A stretch of 64,000 bases of DNA from Amycolatopsis sp. (GTDB lineage Bacteria; Actinomycetota; Actinomycetes; Mycobacteriales; Pseudonocardiaceae), in contig DASXYS010000219.1 in NCBI GenBank assembly GCA_036502365.1, positions 8 to 64,007 of the forward strand, read 5' to 3'. Both the position numbers and the translations under genes were made by a program. Below the pieces are notes generated by a model. It worked only from the letters and a program-made list of their open reading frames with translations, was not told the DNA's origin and did no database searches. Of the stretch, positions 20,718 to 30,876 are shown piece by piece. Each line of letters begins with the position of its first letter. Position 1 is the stretch's first letter.

Positions 20718-22571
20718 TCACTTCCCCGGCTGGACGCTCTGCTCGAAGTAGTCGGCCAGCGTGCCGGGTGTGGTCGCGGCCGCCTGGTCGCTCGAGTTCA
20801 GCTGGTAGATGAAGCCGACGAGCGGCCGGTCGGCCACCGTGAACACCAGCACCGCCGAGGCCTGCCCGGCCGCGGACGAGTACCGGCCCTTGAGGCCGTT
20901 GCCCGCCCAGTCGGCCTCGGTGCGGTCGCCGCCCGCGGAGCTCAGCAGCCCGTCGGTGTACCGCTTCAGCTCGTCCGCCGAAGTGCCCTGCACGTACGTC
21001 ACCTGAGTGCCCGCTCGGCCGGGCGCCGAGCAGGTCGACGTCGCGCCGAGGCTCTGTGCGGGCGCGGCGGGGCCGTTGCCCATGCCCGGCTTGCAGTCGC
21101 CGGTGCCGGCGATCGTCCCGGCGAGCTGGCGCAGGCAGCCGGTGAGCCCGGCGGAATCGGCCTGGCCGGGCGTCTTGCACTCGTCGGCGGTGTAGGTCTT
21201 CACCGAGGAGCTCGAGGTCAGGAAGTACGTCAGCCCCGCGGCGAGGACCACGACCACCGCCGCGGCGATCCCGATCCACAGCTTCGTCCGCCCGCCCTTC
21301 TTCGGCGGCTCGGCCTGGTCGGACAGCGAATACGTCGGGAAGTTCGAGGGCGCCGGCTGCCGCTGGGGCGGAAACTGCTGCTGCGGGTAACCAGGCCGAG
21401 GCGGCGGATAACCGCCCGGCACCGTGGCGACCGGCGGTGCGAACGGCGCCGACACCCCGGCCGCGACCGGGCCCTCGACGTTCTGCGTCCGCATCGAAAG
21501 ACCATCGCGCGCCACGTGCTGCGCGCCGAGGGCCACGGCCGTCTCCGGCTGGTCGAGGCTGCCCGGCACCACGCCGAGCTTCTCCGCGATCATCGAGCCG
21601 ACCAGCGGCAGCCGGCTCGACCCGCCGACCAGGTAGATGCCCGCGAGCCGGTCCGGCGTCAGCCCGGACGAGCGGAGCGTGCGCGAAAGCAGCTCGACGC
21701 TGCGCAGCATCGCCGGGCGCACCAGGCCTTCCAGCTCGCCGCGCGTGACCAGCACGTCCTTGAACGGCTCCGGCATCGGCACCTCGGTCTGCGGGTGCCG
21801 GGACAGCGCCTCCTTCGCGGCCTTCACGTCTTCTTGCAGCGCGCGCCGCGTACGGCGGTCCGCAGTGGACTCCGGGCGCAGGAGCCGTTGCCAGCGCTGC
21901 GGATCCGAGTGCGAGACCTCCCGGCCGACGTGCACCATCAGCGCCTGGTCCACGTCGAGCCCGCCGAGGTCGGGCAGTCCGTCCTCGGCCAGCACCACGA
22001 AGCCGTTCTGGGTGGCTCCGACGACGGCGACGTCGAAGGTGCCCGCGCCGAGGTCGTAGACCGCGAGCGCCTGCCCGGGCGCCAGCGCCTTGCCGGGGAA
22101 CGACGCGAAGTGCGCGGCCGCCGCGACCGGCTCGGGCACCAGCAGCACGCTCGAGCCGATGCCGGCCAGGCGGGCGGCGGACAGCAGGACGTTGCGGCGC
22201 ACCGGCCCCCACTGGGCGGGATGCGTCAGCCGGACTTCGTCGGGCTGCTCGCCGCCGAGCTGGCGGGTGATCTCGTCGAGCACGCGGCGCAGGATGGCGG
22301 CCAGCGCCTCGTTCACGGGCACGACGTCGGTGCCCAGCAACAGTGTCTGCTCGTCGATGCGGCGCTTCGGGTTGGGCTCGAAGCGGGTCGGGTCCAGGCG
22401 CGCGCGGCGCTCGGCGTCGCGGCCGACCATGATCGTGCCGTCCTCGCCGGCGAAGATCGCGGAGGGCATGTTGGCCGAACCGTCCACCTCGACGACCCTC
22501 GGCGGCATGCCGTGTGCCGAAAGGACGGCAACGGTGTTGGACGTCCCGAGGTCCACCGACAGGATCCGCAC
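20718..22571 (-). CDS. membrane-anchored Hsp70-fold ATPase with extracellular domain
   Basis: VDLGTSNT, EPVAAA, VYDLGAGTFD, LVGGSSRLP; Pro-rich linker, TM helix, Cys-containing C-terminal domain. Confidence 0.85.
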   Translation of the reverse strand: MRILSVDLGTSNTVAVLSAHGMPPRVVEVDGSANMPSAIFAGEDGTIMVGRDAERRARLDPTRFEPNPKRRIDEQTLLLGTDVVPVNEALAAILRRVLDEITRQLGGEQPDEVRLTHPAQWGPVRRNVLLSAARLAGIGSSVLLVPEPVAAAAHFASFPGKALAPGQALAVYDLGAGTFDVAVVGATQNGFVVLAEDGLPDLGGLDVDQALMVHVGREVSHSDPQRWQRLLRPESTADRRTRRALQEDVKAAKEALSRHPQTEVPMPEPFKDVLVTRGELEGLVRPAMLRSVELLSRTLRSSGLTPDRLAGIYLVGGSSRLPLVGSMIAEKLGVVPGSLDQPETAVALGAQHVARDGLSMRTQNVEGPVAAGVSAPFAPPVATVPGGYPPPRPGYPQQQFPPQRQPAPSNFPTYSLSDQAEPPKKGGRTKLWIGIAAAVVVVLAAGLTYFLTSSSSVKTYTADECKTPGQADSAGLTGCLRQLAGTIAGTGDCKPGMGNGPAAPAQSLGATSTCSAPGRAGTQVTYVQGTSADELKRYTDGLLSSAGGDRTEADWAGNGLKGRYSSAAGQASAVLVFTVADRPLVGFIYQLNSSDQAAATTPGTLADYFEQSVQPGK

Positions 22572-22821
22572 AGCACTTCCCCTCGACGTAGCGGCGCTGG
22601 CGGTGATGCTCCCACGCGGACGGTCACCGTGCGTGCGGACCCGCGAAACTCGTTTCCCCTCGACGGGCGAACGTGACCAGACCCACCATTTCGGCGCCGC
22701 CACAGCTCGCGCGGGCGGTCTGACGGGTGCGGCCGCACCCCTCTGGCACGGCCTCGACCAGGCGTTCTCGCCGGCCGTTCGCTCTGAGCGGACCGGTCCC
22801 GCCGGCGACCGGGACCGAAAC

Positions 22822-22843
22822 TGTCGGGGGTGCCGCGCATGAT
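22822..22843 (+). promoter_or_regulatory. PafBC-type promoter of lhr (probably leaderless)
   Basis: TGTCGG-N10-CATGAT, 7 nt upstream of GTG 22851. Confidence 0.65.
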
Positions 22844-22850
22844 GGGGAAC

Positions 22851-25800
22851 GTGGCAGCTGACGTGTTGGACCTCTTCTCCCCCGCGACCCGTACGTGGTT
22901 CGCCGGGGCCTTCGCCGCACCCACCGCGGCGCAGGTAGGGGCCTGGCGGGCCGCGCACGCCGGGGAACACGCCCTGGTCGTCGCCCCCACCGGGTCCGGC
23001 AAGACGCTGTCCGCGTTCCTCTGGGCGCTGGACCGGCTGTCGGTGGAGCCGCCGCCGGCCGAGCCGCGCAAGCGCTGCCGGATCCTGTACGTCTCGCCGC
23101 TCAAGGCGCTGGCGGTCGACGTCCAGCGGAACCTGCGCGCGCCGCTCGCCGGGATCTCGCAGGCGTCGCGGCGGCTGGGGCTGCCGGTGCCGGGGATCGA
23201 GGTCGGCATGCGCACCGGCGACACCACGGCGGCCGAGCGCCGGTCGTTCGGCAAGACGCCGCCGGACGTGCTGGTGACCACGCCGGAGTCGCTGTTCCTG
23301 ATCCTCACCTCGTCGGCGCGCGAATCGCTGGCGGGGGTCGAGACGGTGATCGTCGACGAGGTGCACGCGGTCGCGGGCGGGAAGCGCGGCGCGCACCTGG
23401 CGCTGTCGCTGGAGCGGCTCGACGCGCTGCTGCCCAAGCCGGCCCAGCGGATCGGGCTGTCCGCGACCGTCCGGCCGGTCGACGAGGTGAGCGCGTTCCT
23501 CGCGGGCGGGCGCCCGGTCACGGTGGTGCAGCCGAAACTGGCGAAGACGATCGAGGTGCGGGTCGAGGTGCCGGTCGAGGACATGGCGAACCTCGACGGG
23601 CCGTCACCGTCGCCGATGGAGCGGCTGGACGACCTGACCTCGCTGGCCGATTTGCCGTCGGAAGGCGGTATCGGCACCCAGGAAGAGATCGCGGGGGCCG
23701 CGGTGAAGCGGCCGTCGATCTGGCCCGCCGTCGAAGAGCGGGTACTGGAACTGGTCCGGGCGCACCGCTCGACCATCGTCTTTGCCAACTCCCGGCGGCT
23801 GACCGAGCGGCTCACCGCCCGGCTCAACGAGCTGGCGGCCGAGCAGACCGGGCTGCGCGCCGAAGACACGTTCCCGGCCGAAGCGATCGGGCAGTCCGGG
23901 CTGACCACCGGTGCGGCGCCGGTGGTCGCGCGGGCGCACCACGGCTCGATGTCGCGGGAGCAGCGCACCCACGTCGAAGAGGACCTGAAGTCCGGGCGGC
24001 TGCCGTGTGTGGTGGCGACGTCGTCGCTGGAGCTGGGCATCGACATGGGCGCGGTCGACCTGGTCGTGCAGATCGAGGCCCCGCCGACGGTCGCGTCCGG
24101 GCTGCAGCGGGTCGGCCGGGCCGGGCACCAGGTCGGCGCGGTGTCGTCCGGGGTGATGTTCCCCAAGTTCCGGGGCGACCTGGTCTCGTGCGCGGTGGTC
24201 GCGGAGCGGATGGCGGCCGGGGCGATCGAGGCCGTGCGGTACCCGCGCAACCCGCTCGACGTGCTGGCCCAGCACGTGGTCGCGATGGTGGCGCTGGAAC
24301 CGTGGACGGTGACCGACCTCGCGGCGCTGGTACGCCGGGCGGCGCCGTTCGCCGCGCTGCCGGACGACGCGCTGCACGCGGTGCTGGACATGCTCGCCGG
24401 CCGGTACCCGAGCGAGGAGTTCGGCGAGCTGCGCGCACGGATCACCTGGGACCGCGTCGCCGACGAGCTGCGCGGGCGGCCGGGCTCGCAGCGGCTGGCC
24501 GTCACCTCCGGCGGCACGATCCCCGATCGCGGGCTGTTCACCGTGATGACCCCGGGCGCGGACGACAAGCCCGGCTCGCGGGTCGGCGAGTTCGACGAGG
24601 AGATGGTGTACGAGTCGCGGGTCGGCGACACCATCCTGCTGGGCACGTCCTCGTGGCGGATCACCGAAATCACGCACGACCGCGTGCTCGTGGTGCCCGC
24701 GCCGGGAGAGCCCGCGCGGATGCCGTTCTGGAAGGGCGACGCCGCCGGGCGGCCGCTGGAGCTGGGGCGGGCGCTGGGCGCGTTCGTCCGCGAACTGTCC
24801 ACATCGGACACCGAGACGGCCAGGGCGCGGGCCGCGGCGGCCGGGCTCGACCAGCGGGCGTGCGACAACCTGCTGGCGTATCTGGAGGAGCAGAAGTCGG
24901 CGACCCGGCACGTGCCGAATGACCGCACCATCCTGCTCGAGCGCTACCGCGACGAGCTGGGCGACTGGCGGATCGTGGTGCACTCGCCGTTCGGGGCGCA
25001 GGTGAACGCGCCGTGGGCGCTGGCCATCGCGGCCCGGTTGAGGGAGAACCGCGGGGTCGACGCGCAGGTGGCGCACTCCGACGACGGCATCGTGCTGCGG
25101 CTGCCCGACGCGCTCGACGCCGACGGCGCCGAGGTGACCATCGGCGCCGATGACGTGCTGCTGGACCCGGAAGAGGTCGAGCAGCTGATCGTCGCCGAGG
25201 TCGGCGGCTCGGCGGTGTTCGCCGCCCGGTTCCGGGAATGCGCGGCCCGGTCACTGCTGCTGCCGCGGCGGGACCCGAGGCGCCGGACGCCGTTGTGGCA
25301 GCAGCGGCAGCGGGCCTCGCAACTGCTGTCGGTGGCGTCGAAGTACGAGCGGTTCCCCGTGGTGCTGGAGGCGATGCGGGAGGTCCTGCAGGACGTCTAC
25401 GACGTGGGCGGGCTGCGGGAGCTGATGGCCGACGTCCGGGCGCGCAGGGTGCGGCTGGTGGAAGTCGAGACGCCGTCGGCCTCGCCGTTCGCGCGCAGCC
25501 TGCTGTTCGGCTACGTCGGGATGTTCCTGTACGAGACCGATGCGCCGCTGGCCGAGCGGCGGGCGGCCGCGCTGTCGCTGGACTCCACACTGCTCGCCGA
25601 ACTGCTGGGCACGGAGGCGATCCGCGAGCTGCTCGACCCGGACGCCGTACGCGAGGTGGAGCGGTCGCTGCAGCGGCTCGATCCCGACCGCCACGCGCGA
25701 TCGGCCGAGGACGCGGCCGATCTGCTGCGGTTCCTCGGCGATCTGTCCACAGTGGAGGCGGACGAGCGCGGGATCCGGCCGGAGTGGCTGGCGGAGCTGG

Positions 25801-27506
25801 AATCCGCGCGGCGGGCCATCCGGGTGCGGATCGCCGGCGAGGAGCGGTACCTCGCGATCGAGGACGCGGGCCGGGTGCGTGACGCGCTGGGCGCCGCGCT
25901 GCCGGTGGGCGTGCCGGAAGCGTTCACCGAGCCGGTCGAAGACCCGCTGGGTGACCTGCTGTCGCGGTACGCGCGGGTCCGCGGGCCGTTCCCGGCATCG
26001 GCGGCGGCCGCGCGGTTCGGGCTGGGCCCGGCGGTGGTGGTCGGCGTGCTCGACCGGCTGACCGGACAGGGCAGGCTGGTGCGCGGGGAGCTGAGCCCGG
26101 TCGGGCACCCGGAGACGCACGGCGTCGGGGTCGAGTACTGCGACTCGGCGGTACTGCGGCGGCTGCGGCGGGCCTCGCTGGCGCGGCTGCGGGCGGAGGT
26201 CGAGCCCGTGGAGCCGGCGGCGCTGGGCCGGTTCCTGCCGGCGTGGCACGGAATCGGCGGCCGGCTGCGGTCGGCGCCCACGGCCGACGACGTGCTGTCG
26301 GTGGTGGAGCAGCTGGCGGGCGCGCCGTTGCCGGCCAGCGCGGTCGAGTCGCTGATCCTGCCGAGCCGGCTGCCGGGGTACTCCCCCGCGCTGCTGGACG
26401 AGCTGACCACGGCGGGCGAGGTCACCTGGGCGGGTTGCGGGGCACTGGCGGGTGGGGACGGCTGGCTGGCGCTGGCGCCGTCCGACGTGGCCGACCTGCT
26501 GCTGCCGGAGGTGGAGGAGGATCCGCCGTCGAGCCCGCTGCACGAGGCCATCGTGTCCGCTTTGGACGGTGGGGCGCTGTTCTTCCGCCAGCTGGTGGAC
26601 CGGGTCACGCCGCAGTTGGAGGCGCCGCCGGACGACGGCGCGGTCGTCGCCGCGCTGTGGGACCTGGTCTGGGCCGGGCTGGTCACCGGCGACACCTTGG
26701 GGCCGCTGCGTGCGCAGGTCGCCGGCCACGGCGCGCACAAGCCCCGGCGGCAGGCGCCGCGCGGGCGGTACGCGCGGATGCGGGCGGGCCGCCCGGCGAT
26801 GCCGTCGCGGAGCGGGCCGCCGACGGTCGCCGGGCGCTGGGCCCTCACCCCGCCCCGCGAGACGGACCCGACCCGCCGGGCGCACGCACGCACGGAAGCG
26901 TTCCTGGAACGCCACGGCGTGCTCACCCGCGGTGCCCTCGACACCGAACGCGTCACGGGCGGGTTCTCGGGGATCTACAAGGTGTTGCGCGGTATGGAGG
27001 ACGCCGGCCAGGTCGTGCGTGGTTACGTCGTCGAAGGCCTGGGCGCGGCCCAGTTCGCGGCCAAGGGCGCGGTCGACCGGCTCCGCGCGGTGTCCGGCGC
27101 CCAGGCCGATCTCTCCGGGGGCAGACCGGGTCAGGCGGGCAGCGCGGTGGTGCTGGCCGCGGCGGACCCGGCGCAGCCGTACGGGGCGGCGTTGTCCTGG
27201 CCGGCCGCGACGGGCGACACGAAGCACCGGCCGGCCAGGAAGGCTGGGGCGCTGGCGGTGCTGGTCGAAGGGGTGCCGGCGTTGTACGTCGAGCGAGGCG
27301 GCAAGTCGCTGCTGAGCTTCACCGAGGAGCGGGCGGCGTTGCAGCAGGCCGCGGCGGCGTTGTCCACCGCGGTGCGGGAAGGCTGGCTCGGCCAGCTCGC
27401 CGTGCAGCGGGCCGACGGCGAGCACGCGCTGACGTCCGAGCTCGCGGACATCCTGCAGGAGGCCGGGTTCCGCGCGACGCCGAAGGGCCTGCGGCTACGG
27501 GCGTGA
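22851..27506 (+). CDS. lhr: long Lhr ATP-dependent SF2 helicase with C-terminal AlkZ-like extension
   Basis: APTGSGKT, DEVH, LSAT, HHGS, LELGID, QRVGRAGH; ~1550 aa. Confidence 0.93.
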   Translation: MAADVLDLFSPATRTWFAGAFAAPTAAQVGAWRAAHAGEHALVVAPTGSGKTLSAFLWALDRLSVEPPPAEPRKRCRILYVSPLKALAVDVQRNLRAPLAGISQASRRLGLPVPGIEVGMRTGDTTAAERRSFGKTPPDVLVTTPESLFLILTSSARESLAGVETVIVDEVHAVAGGKRGAHLALSLERLDALLPKPAQRIGLSATVRPVDEVSAFLAGGRPVTVVQPKLAKTIEVRVEVPVEDMANLDGPSPSPMERLDDLTSLADLPSEGGIGTQEEIAGAAVKRPSIWPAVEERVLELVRAHRSTIVFANSRRLTERLTARLNELAAEQTGLRAEDTFPAEAIGQSGLTTGAAPVVARAHHGSMSREQRTHVEEDLKSGRLPCVVATSSLELGIDMGAVDLVVQIEAPPTVASGLQRVGRAGHQVGAVSSGVMFPKFRGDLVSCAVVAERMAAGAIEAVRYPRNPLDVLAQHVVAMVALEPWTVTDLAALVRRAAPFAALPDDALHAVLDMLAGRYPSEEFGELRARITWDRVADELRGRPGSQRLAVTSGGTIPDRGLFTVMTPGADDKPGSRVGEFDEEMVYESRVGDTILLGTSSWRITEITHDRVLVVPAPGEPARMPFWKGDAAGRPLELGRALGAFVRELSTSDTETARARAAAAGLDQRACDNLLAYLEEQKSATRHVPNDRTILLERYRDELGDWRIVVHSPFGAQVNAPWALAIAARLRENRGVDAQVAHSDDGIVLRLPDALDADGAEVTIGADDVLLDPEEVEQLIVAEVGGSAVFAARFRECAARSLLLPRRDPRRRTPLWQQRQRASQLLSVASKYERFPVVLEAMREVLQDVYDVGGLRELMADVRARRVRLVEVETPSASPFARSLLFGYVGMFLYETDAPLAERRAAALSLDSTLLAELLGTEAIRELLDPDAVREVERSLQRLDPDRHARSAEDAADLLRFLGDLSTVEADERGIRPEWLAELESARRAIRVRIAGEERYLAIEDAGRVRDALGAALPVGVPEAFTEPVEDPLGDLLSRYARVRGPFPASAAAARFGLGPAVVVGVLDRLTGQGRLVRGELSPVGHPETHGVGVEYCDSAVLRRLRRASLARLRAEVEPVEPAALGRFLPAWHGIGGRLRSAPTADDVLSVVEQLAGAPLPASAVESLILPSRLPGYSPALLDELTTAGEVTWAGCGALAGGDGWLALAPSDVADLLLPEVEEDPPSSPLHEAIVSALDGGALFFRQLVDRVTPQLEAPPDDGAVVAALWDLVWAGLVTGDTLGPLRAQVAGHGAHKPRRQAPRGRYARMRAGRPAMPSRSGPPTVAGRWALTPPRETDPTRRAHARTEAFLERHGVLTRGALDTERVTGGFSGIYKVLRGMEDAGQVVRGYVVEGLGAAQFAAKGAVDRLRAVSGAQADLSGGRPGQAGSAVVLAAADPAQPYGAALSWPAATGDTKHRPARKAGALAVLVEGVPALYVERGGKSLLSFTEERAALQQAAAALSTAVREGWLGQLAVQRADGEHALTSELADILQEAGFRATPKGLRLRA

Positions 27507-27562
27507 GCGCCATGGTCACTAGACTTTCCGCGGACACTCGGTGACATAAGGACGTTTCGATC

Positions 27563-28063
27563 ATGGCGATGCGCGAACTGCGCTACTTCGGTGACCCGGT
27601 GCTGAAGACGGTCTGCGATCCCGTCACCACCTTCGACAAGAAGATCGAAGCGCTGGTGAAGGACCTGCTGGACTCGGTCGAGCCGGAGGGCCGGGCCGGG
27701 CTCGCGGCGCCGCAGATCGGCGTGGGCCTGAGGGTGTTCAGCTACGACGTCGGCGGCCTCACCGGCTACGTGATCAATCCCGAGATCGTCTCGCTGTCGG
27801 AGGAGACCCACGAAATCGGCGAAGGCTGCTTGTCCGTGCCGGAGCTGTGGTTCCCCACGGTCCGCGCGAAGCACGCCGTGGTCCGGGGCGTCGACCTCCG
27901 CAACGAGCCGATCGAAGTCGAGGGCATCGACGTGCTCGCCCAGTGCCTCCAGCACGAGACCGACCACCTCGACGGCAAGCTCTACCTGGACCGTCTCGCG
28001 CCCGACCACAAGAAGCAGGCCCTCCGCGAAGCCCGCGGCAAGGACTGGTTCTGGAACCGCTGA
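27563..28063 (+). CDS. def: peptide deformylase
   Basis: GLAAPQIG, EGCLS, QHETDHL. Confidence 0.95.
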   Translation: MAMRELRYFGDPVLKTVCDPVTTFDKKIEALVKDLLDSVEPEGRAGLAAPQIGVGLRVFSYDVGGLTGYVINPEIVSLSEETHEIGEGCLSVPELWFPTVRAKHAVVRGVDLRNEPIEVEGIDVLAQCLQHETDHLDGKLYLDRLAPDHKKQALREARGKDWFWNR

Positions 28064-28072
28064 TCCCGCAAC

Positions 28073-28098
28073 CACCGGTCCGCCTCGCCGGACCGGTG
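28073..28098. terminator. hairpin between convergent def and ACT-GNAT genes
   Basis: Perfect 10-bp stem CACCGGTCCG-N6-CGGACCGGTG. Confidence 0.7.
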
Positions 28099-28113
28099 CC
28101 GCTCCGTTTCGGT

Positions 28114-29196
28114 TCAGCGCACGAAAAAGCGCAGGGCCGAGGGGTCCGTGGTGGATCGTTCGGCGCGGAGGCCGGCGCGGGTGGCGGTCCGGAGCATGGT
28201 GTCGTCGCCGGGAAGGCAGACGGCGGTGAGTTCCGAGTGGCCCGACGCAGTGGCCAGGACGGCGACCCGGGCCAGCAAAGCCGTGCCGATGCCTTCGCCC
28301 TGCCAGGCGTCCTCCACCAGCAGTGAGACTTCCGCGGTGCCGTCCGGTTGCGGGATCAGCTGTCCCAGGCCGATGACCTCGCGGCCGCAGACCGCGAGAA
28401 CGCTCGAGCCGCGCGGGGGCGTCAGCAGTTTGTGGAGCCACCTGCGCGGCACCGTGCGGACTCCGGTGTGGTAGCGACGGAACAGCGTTTTCATCGAACA
28501 ACGCTGGTGCAGCTCGGAAACAGCGTCGGCGTCGCTCGGGGTGCCGGGGCGGAGGACGACGGCGGCGCCGTCCGGGCGGTCCAGCACGACAGCGCCCGAG
28601 ACGTTGTGCCGCGTGGCCGCCAGCAGCGTGATCAACGCGGCCGCGCGGGTCAGCTCCAGCTCCACGAACGGCGCCCAGCAGCGGCGCGCGACCAGCACCG
28701 TGTCCGCGTCGAGCGGGAAGACCGCGCGGTGGCCGCTCTCGGTGCGACCCGGGTTGCCCTCCGGCGCCGGAACACGCGTGACGAGGTCGGCGGCGAGCAC
28801 GTCGCGGAGCACGTCGGCGAGGCGCTCGGGGTCGTCGACCGCGCGGCGGGCCGCCGACAATGCGGACGACGCCGTATCGCGCAGCTCGCGGACGTCGGCG
28901 TCGACGATGCCGGAGCACTCGCAGCCCTCACCGCGGATGGCCTCCGCCAGCACCTCCTTGGGCAGTCCGGTGGCGGGCCGCAGCACGATCTCGTCGAGCA
29001 CGCCGCCGGGCACCGGGAGCACGGTGAGGCCCAGGATGTTGCACTCGAGGTCGGCCAGGCGGATGGCGAGGCGCGCGAGCGTGCCCGGCCGGTCGTCCAT
29101 CCGGACCCGGACGCGCCACGCGGACGCGGTCGGCTCCTCGGGCGGCAGCTCCGCCACCAGCGGTGTACGGTTCGGCCGGGCTCGGAAGGTTTCCAT
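28114..29196 (-). CDS. ACT-domain GNAT protein acetyltransferase (amino-acid-sensing PatB-like)
   Basis: N-terminal ACT (DDRPGTLARL...NILGL), C-terminal GNAT (LVEDAWQGEGIG). Confidence 0.82.
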   Translation of the reverse strand: METFRARPNRTPLVAELPPEEPTASAWRVRVRMDDRPGTLARLAIRLADLECNILGLTVLPVPGGVLDEIVLRPATGLPKEVLAEAIRGEGCECSGIVDADVRELRDTASSALSAARRAVDDPERLADVLRDVLAADLVTRVPAPEGNPGRTESGHRAVFPLDADTVLVARRCWAPFVELELTRAAALITLLAATRHNVSGAVVLDRPDGAAVVLRPGTPSDADAVSELHQRCSMKTLFRRYHTGVRTVPRRWLHKLLTPPRGSSVLAVCGREVIGLGQLIPQPDGTAEVSLLVEDAWQGEGIGTALLARVAVLATASGHSELTAVCLPGDDTMLRTATRAGLRAERSTTDPSALRFFVR

Positions 29197-29294
29197 GCCC
29201 TCAACGGTCCCTGGTGGTTGTAACCGGGCCCGTCCCGCGGTGTTTCGCGTTTGTCAGCGTTCGGCGGAGTTCCGTTATCCGTTCGAAACACAGA

Positions 29295-30035
29295 TCAGCG
29301 GGGCGTGAGCACGCAGAACTCGTTCCCTTCGGGGTCGGCCAGCACGGCCCAAGGTGTCTCGCCCTGCCCGATGTCGGCCCGCACTGCCCCGGCCGCGACC
29401 ACCTGCGCCACCACCGCCGCGTGGTCCTCCCCCACCGGCGGGGCGACGTCGAGGTGTAACCGGTTCTTGCCGAGCTTGTGCTCGGCCGAGCGCAGGAACT
29501 CCAGCCACGGCCCCCGCCCGGACGGCGCCCGCAGCCCGACGATCACGTCCTCCGCCGAATACACCGGCCAGCCCGTGAGCGCCGACCAGAACCCCGCCAG
29601 CCGCGCGGGCTCTCCCGAGTCGACGACGATCGCCGCCACCGCGCCCGATCCCGCATACACCTCACGCGGCTCCAGTACGCAGAATTCGTTCCCTTCCGGA
29701 TCGGCCAGCACCACCCACGGCACGTCGCCCTGCCCGAGGTCCCGCCGGCGCGCGCCCAGCCCCAGCGCGCGCTCCACCAGCGCGGCCTGGTGCTCCGGCG
29801 AGGTACTGGCCAGGTCGAGGTGAATGCGGTTCTTCACCGGCTTCGGCACCAGCGACGCTGCCGGCACCGGCACGAAGATCAGCTCGAGCTCCCACCCGTC
29901 GTCGGCCGGTGCGTGGACCTCGACCTCGTCCGGTAAGTCGACGGCCACCGGCCAGCCGAGCAGCGCGGACCAGAAGCCCGCGAGCTCCCGCGGCCGCGCC
30001 GCGTCGACGACCAGGTGCACCAAACGCGTATCCAT
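29295..30035 (-). CDS. VOC/glyoxalase family protein with duplicated domain
   Basis: Two copies of KNRxHLD...WxVLADPEGNEFCVL. Confidence 0.88.
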   Translation of the reverse strand: MDTRLVHLVVDAARPRELAGFWSALLGWPVAVDLPDEVEVHAPADDGWELELIFVPVPAASLVPKPVKNRIHLDLASTSPEHQAALVERALGLGARRRDLGQGDVPWVVLADPEGNEFCVLEPREVYAGSGAVAAIVVDSGEPARLAGFWSALTGWPVYSAEDVIVGLRAPSGRGPWLEFLRSAEHKLGKNRLHLDVAPPVGEDHAAVVAQVVAAGAVRADIGQGETPWAVLADPEGNEFCVLTPR

Positions 30036-30108
30036 CCCGCCAAGCTAACGGCGGGCACCGGCAAAAGCGCCGCCGACGGAACCGGAAAAGCTTCCCCACT
30101 CTCCGGTT

Positions 30109-30876
30109 TCAGCGGGTGGCGAGCCGCAGGAGGGCCCAGACCTGGGCGGCGAGGTCGTGGCCGCCGGTGACGGTGACGGCCGTCGGGGCCGCGCGGCCCC
30201 AGAGCCACAGGTAGACCCTCGACGCCTCGGCTTCGACCAGTTCGTCCGCGGCGGCGGCCTCTTCGGCGGAGCAGCGCCAGGCGGCTGTCTCGTCGGGTCC
30301 CGCGCGGGCGATCCAGCTGTGCCCGCCGGTGCGGATCCCCGCCGTGCCGTGGCGGGTGCCGGCCAGGCCCATGGTGGCGAGCTTCTGGTCGAAGTACAGG
30401 GTGAGCACCTCGTCGACGCCGTCGGCGGCCAGGTCGTCCGGGACCGCGGAGTGCGCGATACCCGCCGCGCTCTCGGCGTCGAACCGGTGGATCAGGGTCT
30501 CGTGCAGCATGCGGCGGCGCCAGAAGCCGTACGTCGGGTCCGCGGGCCACCAGGTGGACGCGCGCGCGGCCGGGTCGTGCGCGGCCAGCTCGGCCAGCAG
30601 CGCCTCCCGGCCGGCGTCGAAGTAGTCGGCCACCGGCTCGCCCGGCAGGGGGCCGCGCTGCCAGTGGACGGGCCGGCGCCCTTCCGTCATCCATCCCGAC
30701 GCGAGCCGGTAGATGCTGCCGACGTGCCGGAGCAGCTCGCCCAGCGTCCAGCCCGGCGTGGTGGGCACCGGGCTGTCGGGCGACGCCGTGTGGGCCACCT
30801 CCCCGAGCACCCTCGCCTCGATCCCGAGGGCTTCGAGCAACCGGCCGTGGTCGACCGGACCGAGCTCACGCGACAT
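30109..30876 (-). CDS. mycothiol-dependent maleylpyruvate isomerase (MDMPI/DinB) family protein
   Basis: VPTTPGWTLGELLRHV, RRMLHETLIHRFD, ADGVDE. Confidence 0.85.
   Translation of the reverse strand: MSRELGPVDHGRLLEALGIEARVLGEVAHTASPDSPVPTTPGWTLGELLRHVGSIYRLASGWMTEGRRPVHWQRGPLPGEPVADYFDAGREALLAELAAHDPAARASTWWPADPTYGFWRRRMLHETLIHRFDAESAAGIAHSAVPDDLAADGVDEVLTLYFDQKLATMGLAGTRHGTAGIRTGGHSWIARAGPDETAAWRCSAEEAAAADELVEAEASRVYLWLWGRAAPTAVTVTGGHDLAAQVWALLRLATR

Noticed and set aside
20718-23396. 892-aa version of the Hsp70-fold ORF
   Set aside because: The extra N-terminus overlaps lhr on the opposite strand; the domain begins at GTG 22571
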